Origin: Promethearchaeota archaeon
Lineage (GTDB): Archaea; Asgardarchaeota; Lokiarchaeia; Sigyniarchaeales; SOKP01
Assembly: GCA_011364975.1 (NCBI GenBank)
Contig: RDOE01000022.1
Span: 1-41,907, forward strand
Length of the DNA: 41,907 bases
Direction of reading: 5' to 3'
Positions 28,784 to 38,800 of this stretch are shown one piece after another. The translations under genes and the position numbers were made by a program. Each line of letters opens with the position of its first letter. Position 1 is the stretch's first letter. The notes under the pieces were generated by a model. That model worked only from the letters and a program-made list of their open reading frames with translations. It did no database searches and had not been told where the DNA came from.

Positions 28784-29665
28784 TTAAATTTTCTTTCTTT
28801 TTAACTTTAAAATGATACCTAAAGAAGTAAAAAGGATTATCATAGAGAAATACAATAAACTAAATCCTGAAATAAAAAGAGATTCGGTTATTTCATAATT
28901 TTCAATGGTTTCCATAAGTGGATATCTATCGACAATTATTGGAGTTGGTTTATGTTGATCTATAACTACAGGTCCATCACTAATTCCATTATTATCAACA
29001 TCAACTTTATCATAAAGAGAATAATAATTTCCTAAGTAATTTGTAAAGCTGTTTCCCTTATAGTTATAAGTTACTTTTTTTTGTGTGTTCCAACTGACAT
29101 TTGCTGCATAAAATATAAAATCTGCGCCCCATTCTCCATTGACAAAATTGTTAAAATAAACATAAATATCCTCTGAATAAAAAATTTGCACCCCTGTACA
29201 GTCATAACAATTATTTTCTGTAACTATAATATCACTGCTATACTCTATATCAATCCCATTACGCTGATTATATACAGTATTACGGATTATCAACCCATTC
29301 TGAACATAAAGTAATTTAACTGCTCCATCATTAAGATTTACTCCGGCATTATAGACAGTACAATTTTCAATCCGAAAAAAAGCACTCGAATTTTGAATCA
29401 AAATACAAGAACCAACTCCCCCACCATTCATTATTAAATCTTTAATAACATATGGATCTGACTTTGTACCTGTTCCAGTACAAATACCTCCTGCTTTTGC
29501 TTCAGTCCAATTGTTATCAATAAAAATTTTTCCAGAAAATGTTGAAACTCGTAAATTTGCGTTATTTAATTCATTGTTATTTGAAGTACTAGGAATGGGA
29601 TTCAGGGCAAAAATAAATCCAATAATCAAAATTAGGAGAAAAGTTTTCTTAAAAATTAAGTTCAA
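28784..29665 (-). CDS. Surface protein with NosD/CASH parallel beta-helix and Loki-CTERM-like anchor
   Basis: Signal peptide, GTGTKSDPYVI, PbH1-type repeats, GNYYS..D...GI.D, and an ISGF + TM + KRKK tail. Confidence 0.85.
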   Translation of the reverse strand: MNLIFKKTFLLILIIGFIFALNPIPSTSNNNELNNANLRVSTFSGKIFIDNNWTEAKAGGICTGTGTKSDPYVIKDLIMNGGGVGSCILIQNSSAFFRIENCTVYNAGVNLNDGAVKLLYVQNGLIIRNTVYNQRNGIDIEYSSDIIVTENNCYDCTGVQIFYSEDIYVYFNNFVNGEWGADFIFYAANVSWNTQKKVTYNYKGNSFTNYLGNYYSLYDKVDVDNNGISDGPVVIDQHKPTPIIVDRYPLMETIENYEITESLFISGFSLLYFSMIILFTSLGIILKLKRKKI

Positions 29666-29808
29666 ATTATAATCACTAAAAGTTTGTATAATACTTTTTA
29701 ACTTCCTATGTCACTTTTTATATTTATTGCAAATCCAATATCTTTTCAATTAATTTCGGATTAAGATGGAAATTTTTGTCTATTGTTTAATGTAATGATC
29801 TTCTTTGA

Positions 29809-30702
29809 TTAATTCTTTAAGGAAACCGCTTTAATATCCCTATATCCAATAACTTTAATTCCAACTTTTTCAATGCATTCTTTAACTTTTGGATTAATAA
29901 ACGCCTCATAATCTTGATTTCTCCATTTCGCAGAATCCGGAGTTATTGCTTGTAGTTCTGGGCTCATTTTGGCAGAATGAAATAAAAGATGAGTTACACC
30001 AGATTTTACTTTCTTAAATAAATTACAATAATACTTGACTTTATCAGCATGTGCGCCTCCAGTATCAATAATCATATGATCTAATATAGGTATTCCACGT
30101 TCTTCCAGATTTGAAAACATTTTCTCAAATATTTCTATTTGATCTCCCATCCCGATATCTTCCAGTTGCTTGTTCGTAGGTCTTGGTAAGAATGCGACAA
30201 CATTGTATACTTCCGCTAATTTTAAATAAGTTGGTATAAACTTAGGATGCATAACTGTTCCCATATGGGCGTCAATATGAGTAATGTCAATTCCACTTTC
30301 AATTGCCCTATTTATTTGCCCCCGCATTTCTGCTTCCGCTGCTTTTGCTGATACATTCTCAATAGCTTCCTCGGTTGTACGCCATAAACATTGCTCTGAA
30401 TCTAATAATCCTGTTGAAGAGTTAACACTACTTAAAGCCCTCCATCTATACAAATCATATTCGCAGGTAAGGGTCAAATGTACACCAAGATCATAAACCG
30501 GATTTTTCTTATATATAGCAACAGCTTCCAAAAACCATGGAGAAGGAACAATTAAAGAACCACAACTAGCAATACCATAATCCAAACATTCAAAAGAAGC
30601 CACATTAGAAGAATGTGAAAAACCAATATCATCGATATGAATAATGACAACTTTGTCCTCTACTTCATAACCAAGTTTTTCTATTAATGACATACTTTTC
30701 AT
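29809..30702 (-). CDS. YdjC/ChbG-family carbohydrate deacetylase
   Basis: IIHIDDIG, DLGVHLTL, THIDAHM and LLFH. Confidence 0.92.
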   Translation of the reverse strand: MKSMSLIEKLGYEVEDKVVIIHIDDIGFSHSSNVASFECLDYGIASCGSLIVPSPWFLEAVAIYKKNPVYDLGVHLTLTCEYDLYRWRALSSVNSSTGLLDSEQCLWRTTEEAIENVSAKAAEAEMRGQINRAIESGIDITHIDAHMGTVMHPKFIPTYLKLAEVYNVVAFLPRPTNKQLEDIGMGDQIEIFEKMFSNLEERGIPILDHMIIDTGGAHADKVKYYCNLFKKVKSGVTHLLFHSAKMSPELQAITPDSAKWRNQDYEAFINPKVKECIEKVGIKVIGYRDIKAVSLKN

Positions 30703-30848
30703 GAATCTATTTAGATAAATACTTTAAATAAAGCTAATTATTCGATATTAAACTCTACGAAAAAATATTACATAGTGTTATAGATTTTTACTTTCAAGAC
30801 AATTAATTTATAATTAATTTATTTAATATAGCCCTATTTTTTATTCTA

Positions 30849-30945
30849 AAAAAAGGATGAGAAAAGGAGAAAAAACAAGAATCCTAAGGGAGTTATGGGT
30901 AGTTGAGGAAACGATGGAATTGTTTTTTCTTCCTTTGTGAAACCT
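30849..30945 (-). ncRNA. Candidate small RNA B (long stem-loop)
   Basis: 16-bp inverted repeat with a 1-nt bulge (30863-30878 vs 30920-30936), a TATA-like box about 22 nt upstream on the minus strand, and a U-rich end. Confidence 0.35.
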
Positions 30946-31090
30946 ATAATTTACATTTAGTTTTCGTTTAAAAGTTAATGTGATATCGATATATCAATAA
31001 CCATTCCTCCCCATTCCCGTAATTTTTCTTTATATAACCGTAAATTAAACTAAATTTAATAAATAAGCATTTTGAAAAGATTGAATAATT

Positions 31091-31315
31091 ATGAAAAAGT
31101 TAAAAAATATAGAATGGGATCAATATCGACACTCTGAATTTTTACAATCGCTTAAAATAAGCGTAAATGAGTTAAAATTTATTAGGCTCTTCTTAAAGAG
31201 AGGTACCATAGATTTAGTTAATGATATTTTACGTGAAAGGAAAACAAAACAAAATACTCCTCATCAAAATAGTGGATATATTAAAACGTATAAAAAGGAA
31301 AGAATTAAGATTTAG
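31091..31315 (+). CDS. Small basic hypothetical protein
   Basis: 74-aa ATG ORF in an otherwise empty gap, followed by a T-tract. Confidence 0.45.
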   Translation: MKKLKNIEWDQYRHSEFLQSLKISVNELKFIRLFLKRGTIDLVNDILRERKTKQNTPHQNSGYIKTYKKERIKI

Positions 31316-31389
31316 ATTTTCATTACGTTGTTTCTAATTTTTTTTTAAATTATATAAAAAGAAAAGGATTTATTATAATTATATATATC

Positions 31390-32553
31390 CTATTTCCTTA
31401 GTAATCGCTTCTGAAATACTACGTGCTTTCTTCGAAGGATTGAATGAGGAAATATCGTTTTAATGGCTCTATCATTATTAGACCAGATTGTTGTACCTTC
31501 TATATAATCAACACCTTTCATACGACACATTAGTTGACCTATATTATTTAAAGCCGAAAAGATTCCTTTTCCTGCATATTCTTTCTTTATCATAGCAGTA
31601 TCCACATTCGTATGGGTTAGTTTCTCTTCATTCCAGAGTTGATAAAGATTAGGTAAGGCCATAATCATTCCTACCAACTTTCCTGTGGTCTTATCAAATG
31701 CCATTGGACAGCAAGGAACTGATTTCTCAATGTCTGTATTATTATGAATTTCAATAAATCGAGCACTTTCGAAATAAACAGTTGGATCAATTTCAATTAG
31801 TTGACTTGTAAATTTTTTATAGGTCTCTCGATACGATTCTATCATCTCTTCTATTCGAGATTTTCCCCCAGGTGCATCTGCTAATACTGAATAAAAAGAA
31901 TTCCTGGCAAGATCATAAATTTCATCCTTCAAATCAACTATTTCATCTACAGAATGAAACCTAATAATGATATTTTCGTCCAAATCTTTTCCATGTTCCC
32001 AAGATTTTTGTACAACTTCTACACAGGAATATTCTGATTCTGGAATATAACCTAACTCTGTTAAATATCCAAATTCTTTCATCTCGGGGGAATTAAAAGC
32101 AACGCCATTCATCATTGGGGCACTATGTCCTAATATCTGATATCCTACGCCACCAATATATTTTGGATAATTAATAGGACCACGAAGTTTTTTTAATTTG
32201 TTTTCTCTTACATAATGTTCACAAGCATCCATAAGTATTCTACATGATTCAAAATCGCTAGCATGAAGCCATCCGAATGTAGCACATTTCATTCCATAGC
32301 TTTTATACTCAGGGTCTATTTGACATACTACAAATCCAGTTGGAATTTGATTTTTGGTAAGAGTGAATAACTTAAGATTGTAATCAGTATTATTAATCTT
32401 TTTTTGTAGATAAGTGGCAAGTTCTAAGATAATACGAGGCCTTAATTTATCATCAGGGACATATAGAAGGCTATTTAATGTATTTATTATATCGAAGGGA
32501 TTTCTTGTTATACTTAAATCAACAATAGGTGACTTATTCGTTATAAGTGTCAT
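31390..32553 (-). CDS. Tandem-GNAT N-acyltransferase of the YghO / bacterial ceramide synthase-like family
   Basis: ATFGWL...ILMDACEHYVRE..KKLRGPIN...G...P....FN...ELGY, then VGMIMALPNL, KKEYAGKGI, YIEGTTIWSNN and HVVFQKRL. Confidence 0.75.
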   Translation of the reverse strand: MTLITNKSPIVDLSITRNPFDIINTLNSLLYVPDDKLRPRIILELATYLQKKINNTDYNLKLFTLTKNQIPTGFVVCQIDPEYKSYGMKCATFGWLHASDFESCRILMDACEHYVRENKLKKLRGPINYPKYIGGVGYQILGHSAPMMNGVAFNSPEMKEFGYLTELGYIPESEYSCVEVVQKSWEHGKDLDENIIIRFHSVDEIVDLKDEIYDLARNSFYSVLADAPGGKSRIEEMIESYRETYKKFTSQLIEIDPTVYFESARFIEIHNNTDIEKSVPCCPMAFDKTTGKLVGMIMALPNLYQLWNEEKLTHTNVDTAMIKKEYAGKGIFSALNNIGQLMCRMKGVDYIEGTTIWSNNDRAIKTIFPHSILRRKHVVFQKRLLRK

Positions 32554-32644
32554 ATTTGGTAGTAAAAAGGAGACTATTTAAAGGAAAAATCGTTCGTTTA
32601 TCCATCTTTAATTTATAATATGTTTCTATAATAGATGCAACATA

Positions 32645-33877
32645 TTATTTTATTTTAATATTTAAAAGATCTAGTAATTCCCAACCTTGAGGAAGAAGTT
32701 GTATATGCTCCACTTTCCCCTCATAATAGTTGAATACAATTTGATCTTCAAACTCGCCCGAAATTTTGTTGTAACTCCATGCGGGTGTATATCCCCTTGC
32801 ACGAAATCCAAAGTTATAAAAAATTTGTTGCTGCTCAGGATTATAGGCAGAAACGAATACCTCCACATATCTAATATTATTTTGAAGCATACTTCGTTTT
32901 AATTCTGTAAGATATACATAAAGTTCTTCCAAGGATTCTACATGATACTTTATTTTCTCGAAATTCTGAACTGTAGTCGTGTGTAAGTATAAAAAATAGG
33001 AGGAGGACTCCTTGATAAAGCATTGATAAAATTCATAGCCATATTTGTCTTTAATGATATCCATCCGATAATTTTCTTGGAGATTTCTTATTTTCTTAAA
33101 ATTTAGTTTTATTTGAGGTTCTACAATCTGAAACCCTCCGAGATGATATATACCATCGGAGTGAATATAACTTTCTAAAGCATTGCGAATTAACTGCGGT
33201 TGTCTACGTTTTCTTAGTATATCCAATGCATTTTCACTATAATTAACACATAGCACATCAGTTTCTACTTGATTGTAAAATACGTCCTTATTCGGAAAGA
33301 CCGCCAAAGTATTAAGTCCACAAATACCCGTAGAATACTGAGAAGAGGCATGAGCCGTTCGGTTTTCGCAATACCAAATGTCTATTACTTCTCGGTAAAT
33401 AGAAAACGCCCAATAGGAAGAACCAATTATGGCTTTAGTGAAATCCAAAATCCCTTGATATTTTTTTTTAACCATTAACGCACCTATATACCCCTTACGA
33501 TTATCAAAGTCGAGATAGCATTTAAAACACCCTCCAATCTCTTTATCCATCATAAAAAGGATAAAGTTGTATTCAATACTCTGTATCATCACTTCTACCT
33601 TTTCTTCATCTAAAAAATCGAGATAGGGATACGATTGGTTATATACTTCTTCGAAAATTTCCACCACATCTTTTGCTTGCTCCGGTTCAGCAAGCACTAA
33701 TTTGGGGGCAATTTTGGTTTCACTCTCTCGAGGATCAATCAAAAAATCTAATGTGATACCTGTCTCGATATCAAGGTCTATAACTCCCCGAAATGTATCT
33801 AAAAATTCATCTACTGTTCTAGGAAAAAGTTCGTCATACTTAATAACAGGCTCAATTAATAATTCTTGAGTAATCAT
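32645..33877 (-). CDS. Tandem-GNAT-like acyltransferase
   Basis: EIFEEVYNQSYPY, GYIGALMVKKKYQG, CENRTAHASSQ, and a second degenerate GNAT half (QIFYNFGFRARGYTP). Confidence 0.7.
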   Translation of the reverse strand: MITQELLIEPVIKYDELFPRTVDEFLDTFRGVIDLDIETGITLDFLIDPRESETKIAPKLVLAEPEQAKDVVEIFEEVYNQSYPYLDFLDEEKVEVMIQSIEYNFILFMMDKEIGGCFKCYLDFDNRKGYIGALMVKKKYQGILDFTKAIIGSSYWAFSIYREVIDIWYCENRTAHASSQYSTGICGLNTLAVFPNKDVFYNQVETDVLCVNYSENALDILRKRRQPQLIRNALESYIHSDGIYHLGGFQIVEPQIKLNFKKIRNLQENYRMDIIKDKYGYEFYQCFIKESSSYFLYLHTTTVQNFEKIKYHVESLEELYVYLTELKRSMLQNNIRYVEVFVSAYNPEQQQIFYNFGFRARGYTPAWSYNKISGEFEDQIVFNYYEGKVEHIQLLPQGWELLDLLNIKIK

Positions 33878-34052
33878 TTTTTGAAGGATAACTTAGTGAT
33901 AATATATATCTTACAGGTTATTCCTTACATTTATCACGAGTATATAAAGAAAAATATTGAGGAAGGTCATAGCTGACAATTTTGTTTTCAATTTTTCTTT
34001 TAAATACATTCGAAAAATTAAAAGTTTAAATAATTTGGAATTTGGACTAAAA

Positions 34053-34880
34053 ATGTTTATTAATCAACCTATACTTAATTGGACACCTCAGTATTGGGAT
34101 CATATCCAGAGAAATATTGGAATTATATCGTTTGAAGAGCAAGAGATCATAAGGACTTCCAAAGTTGCAGTACTCGGTGTAGGTGGGCTTGGTGGTACAG
34201 TTGCAGAGAATTTGGTAAGAGCAGGCTGTCAAGACATTGTAATTGCCGATAAAGATACATTTGATGCCAGTAATCTTAATCGTCAACTCTGTACCTTAGA
34301 CGATATTGATCATTATAAGGTGGATGTAATCGAAAAATTTCTTAAGAAAATCGATCCTGAAGTTAAAATCACTAAATTTACTATAATATCTCCTGATAAT
34401 ATCGAAAATGTGTTAGAGGAAGTAGATGTAGTTGCACTTACCTTGGATGGCCCTATTACTTCTATTTTAATTGAACGAGAATGTCGAAAAAGAGGGATTC
34501 CGATGTGTGAAACCTGGGCAGTACCCTTGCTCTTTTCATGGTGGTTCAGTGAAGGGAGTAAGTCCTATGAAGAATTATACGATTTGCCTACCCAACATCT
34601 TTCTAATCAAGAATTATTTAAAGTGAAAGATCAATTGAGTTTAACTTCTTGTAAATCTCTTTTTTCTAAGATAATTACCATGTTAAGTGTGGAAGCAAAT
34701 TATGACCGCGAACCCGGCGCGTATGAAATGATGATGAGAGAGCAAGTCGGAATTCGCTCTTTTGCTCCCATTGTACGTCTCACTGCAGATTATCTAGTAA
34801 TGGAACTTATTTTTGCTGGGATTTTAAAAATAAAATCTATGACATTAGCCCCTGCTTATAACGAGATTAATTATTTTTAA
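34053..34880 (+). CDS. ThiF/MoeB/E1-like adenylyltransferase (no Zn site)
   Basis: RNIG, GVGGLG, DKDTFDASNLNRQ and KVD; no CxxC pairs. The likely start is ATG 34053 behind a TTTAAATA box (the ORF track starts at 33957). Confidence 0.9.
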   Translation: MFINQPILNWTPQYWDHIQRNIGIISFEEQEIIRTSKVAVLGVGGLGGTVAENLVRAGCQDIVIADKDTFDASNLNRQLCTLDDIDHYKVDVIEKFLKKIDPEVKITKFTIISPDNIENVLEEVDVVALTLDGPITSILIERECRKRGIPMCETWAVPLLFSWWFSEGSKSYEELYDLPTQHLSNQELFKVKDQLSLTSCKSLFSKIITMLSVEANYDREPGAYEMMMREQVGIRSFAPIVRLTADYLVMELIFAGILKIKSMTLAPAYNEINYF

Positions 34881-34933
34881 TTATTTTTTATCTTGGCTTT
34901 GTTTAAATTGCCTTAAAATTGTTTCTAATTAAT

Positions 34934-35845
34934 CTAGAAAAAATTATTAATGATCTTACAGCCTATAGAGGCAATAAATGTATCATTATTGAATATCTCG
35001 GTTATAAAGTCAATTAAAAAAGTACGGATATTAGATTTATGAGTTGTTACGATATCTTGATTTAATTCTTGTTTTAATAAATAGCATATGAATTGAAAGT
35101 ATGTTATATAAGCATGGTCTACATCTTCATTGGAAAGTTTATAAAGCGAATGAGATAAATTGTTCCTAACCATAAGCAGCTTGACAACAGCATCCCTAAG
35201 TTTCTCTGATTTAACGAGATGTTCAATTCGTTCGAGATTTGTTACCTTTTCCCCTTCCGGTACGCTAAATCGATAATCATGATATTCTGTTAGAGTGGTA
35301 AAGAATCGTTGGTAGAACTGATAATCACTGCGATTAATAGTCCCATCTTCGTTAGTTAGAAATACTAATAACCAGTGGTTAATATTAATTGCATTCAATG
35401 CTCTTTTAATTTCTTCCTCCCAATTTATACCTGTATTACTATTGAGAGATGTAGGAGTATGAGTAGGAGTTATTCCAACCTTCTCTTCAAGAGTGAGTAT
35501 ACGTGGCACCAATGCTTGTAATAATGCTTCTCGTTCATGGAGTTGTCGGTTTAATTTAATTATTTCTCCATCATTTTGAGCATTGCCATCAATTTCATTT
35601 ACTGCATAATTTCCATCAGAATTAACTTTTTTAGCATAAAAGGGAAAGAACCGCTTTAAATTATTCAAGATAGTAATTCTTGATTGGAGAAGATATTCCT
35701 TTAATTCGGTACTAGTAAGTTCTCCTGTAGTAAATTGGTTGATTTTTTGCTTCAGTACCTTTAGATCTTCAGGATTTAACACAAATTGTTCCAATAGAGT
35801 CTGAAGTACATTGTCTTGATTTTTTTTCTGTTCTATTTGGGTCAA
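34934..35845 (-). CDS. Coiled-coil protein with C-terminal HEPN-like domain
   Basis: Heptad segment IIKLNRQLHEREALL...LEEKV, a low-complexity linker, and RxxxxH motif RNNLSH in a helical domain. Confidence 0.55.
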   Translation of the reverse strand: MTQIEQKKNQDNVLQTLLEQFVLNPEDLKVLKQKINQFTTGELTSTELKEYLLQSRITILNNLKRFFPFYAKKVNSDGNYAVNEIDGNAQNDGEIIKLNRQLHEREALLQALVPRILTLEEKVGITPTHTPTSLNSNTGINWEEEIKRALNAININHWLLVFLTNEDGTINRSDYQFYQRFFTTLTEYHDYRFSVPEGEKVTNLERIEHLVKSEKLRDAVVKLLMVRNNLSHSLYKLSNEDVDHAYITYFQFICYLLKQELNQDIVTTHKSNIRTFLIDFITEIFNNDTFIASIGCKIINNFF

Positions 35846-35850
35846 GTGGT

Positions 35851-38800
35851 TTATCCCTCAATGAATAATTGAAATTTATCAAATATGCGATTATATTGTT
35901 CATATAGTTCTGTACTGTAGATTCTTAAAACCTTACCATTGGGAGTTATAGCATCGCACATCTCTAAGAAAGAAACGAGCTCTAAATAGGTCATAGGAAA
36001 TCCATCCACTAAAGTAAGCTCATTTAAGAATGTTAAAAGGTCATTTCGAGAAATATCATAAGATACCTCATAGTAGGATTTACAAACGTTATACATAAAT
36101 TTAGGAAATAAATTTTTAGCTATCTGAATTGCTTGGGTAAAATCAGTGTGAATAATGTGGTTACTCATCTGAAATAATTCGTAATATAGAATAGTACTGT
36201 AATGTTTTATCAACACCTCCATTAATCTGTTATTATCAAGGGTAGTAATAGGAGTAACTAAGGATTCTTCATCATTGACTTTTTTATTAAAGCTATCACA
36301 TTTAATTTCGGTTTCCTTAATTGGAACATCAACTTCCGGGAGTTCAATATATACTTGGGCATTTCCTTCTTTTTGAGTTTGAAAATAGTCATCTAAAGCT
36401 CGTTGATAATAAGGTCCCACAGCATAGGATGTACGTATGGATTCCCCGCCACTTGCTCTTCGGGGGTGTGCTTCTATGAGATATCTTTGTTGGATCAAGA
36501 TATTAAAAATGGAATCTCGAATTTCTTTAATCCGTTTTCGGTTTTTAGTGATAGTTAGCAATTTAGGACGAATAACGTTATATAATTCATCCTTTACTTT
36601 AGATTCGTATAAATGGCCCACTTTATCGGCTGTCTTCATCATCTTCAAAAATTTAATAATATCTTCAATAAGGGCTTTATATTTTCCAAAATCACGTTCC
36701 AGTATGGTGGGTTGAGTTTTTTGTAATAATTTTCGTTCGCTATCTTCGATATCATAGCCTTGATTATTCATATATTGAATAATTTTTTCCCAAGGCATAG
36801 AGGGGATAGCTTTTAAATCTTGAAACGCAATTTTAATCGGAAAAGGCTGATATATATCTTCACGCTTTACCACTGCTTCATCCAGACTCATATCAGACAT
36901 GTATTTCATCTGGAAGCTTTCATTGCGACTAGAGCTATACATCCCTTTGCCATGAAGTGCCTCCAATCCCATAAGGTTGCCCATAAGCGCGAAATCCCGT
37001 TTATCCGTAGTCTTTAAGGCGACATAGTTAGTAAAGAAGTTAAATACATTTTGATGAAGAAAATGTAGCTGAGAAGTAGTCCCTATCAGTCCAAAATTGC
37101 GTTCAAGAAGCGGTACTAAAAATTTATCGATTTTATCATATGTGCGCTGTTTATCTAAGAAGTAGGCTTCGAATACCATATCAAGATTAGGAAGTAGAAG
37201 AAATTTAGGAATAAAATTTTCCCCTGACTGTAGATAATGAATAAATTTAGCTAAGATAAGAAAACTATAAAAACACTGTGTATTACGGTTGAGGATTCCC
37301 GAAAGATCAATAATAATAGTTTTTTCATTGGTAAGGAAGGCATTTGGAGACATATTTTCAGATTGATCTATAACATGAGACCCAATTACATTTAGGTCTT
37401 GAGGAATAAACTCCTTGAAAAAATTAAGTACAGTGTCAGTAGTTGGAGAACGCTCCCAATTTTTTCTCGTATCCAAATCTAATCCTATGGTTTGGATATC
37501 TTTAGTAATATGAAGTTCAGAAGTCTTAGATATAATCGTATTGCGAAACAGATCCATAGCATGATCATCTTTCTTATAACATAACGCATAGGCATCAAAC
37601 ATATAGTCTAAGTATCGCATATTATCTTTATCGTATGGTAAATCTGAAGAAAGAGGGTTAATGGTCAAAGTCTTTTTAAGTTTAAAATAGAGAAATCTAT
37701 CCGCATATTGGGTAGATTGACACAACGAAATAAGGCGAGACCAATTACCTGTAGAGTCAAATATAATAGCAGGATATCCTTTTTGTATTAATTCAAACAC
37801 AATTTTCATCGCAGTAAAATCTCTACTTGATGCTGTTCCATTGGTGATTAAGAGGGAATGTAATTGCTTTAAAGTAAATCCTGTTACAGTTTCCTCTTCT
37901 AAAATCTCGGTATTAATAGTATGCCCAATACTAATAAAATTCTCAAGGTGGAGTGGGGTATTAAATTCTGCGCCTATCCGTGTCTCCATCCCTTTCTTAA
38001 AGATATCTGCTATCATTATAAGATAGATAACGGTTTTTCCTTGAAAAATTACGTAATTAAGATGGGTGCCATTTTTCCGTAAATATTTCTGCTTAACCAC
38101 TTCAAACATGACTCCTGACTCCAATCTACTTTTGGCTAAAGGCGTAAGATTATAATTAAAATAATTTTGAGCATAACTAACGGAAAGGATTGTCATATGT
38201 TGACGAAGAATGTTTTCTATGGAAAGGGCTTTTTCCATATCTGGAGATGAGGAGGGTATTGAATAGTTAGTTGAAATAGTAAAGAGTGTATTCCACATTC
38301 CATAACGAAGTTGAAACCAATTTTTTGCATCTGTCGCACATTGGATTCTTGATATGAATTTTATTTGTTCCTTCTCGGTCATAGCTTCAAATCCTTCTTT
38401 ACGGAAATGATGATAATCCAAAGGAACTAATTGATAGGTTATGCAGTAGGTTGTTGCAGAAGTGGTAATAGCCTCATAAAATTTATCTGGTTTACAATAC
38501 GGAGGGCTAGCTACATATTCAAGGTTACCCATCTTCACTCCCCCCATTAACCGATTCTCTATTTGATAAAATATAGTATCGGGAAAACGGTGGAATCTAA
38601 AGAAAATGGTATCATAAAAAGGGTCAATAATTTGTATTTCTTCCGAATGAAAAATAGAGTCTTTGAATCTAAATGTAAATAAAGAGCGATTCCATATATT
38701 ACAAAGCCCTACAAAACATCCCGTGCCAATAAGAAACCTTATTAGATCAGAAAGCTGATATAATCCAAGTAGAATAGATATAAAGATTGAGATTCCTAAT

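Noticed and set aside
27102-30943. GTTTCA-like sequence resembling the start of archaeal CRISPR repeats
   Set aside because: Only isolated short matches; no regularly spaced repeat-spacer array and no cas genes.
34053-34880. ThiF protein as a ubiquitin E1 or CBASS/Bil-type defence component
   Set aside because: No Ubl, E2, JAB or cyclase is adjacent, and it lacks the Zn-binding motifs of canonical MoeB/UbaA.
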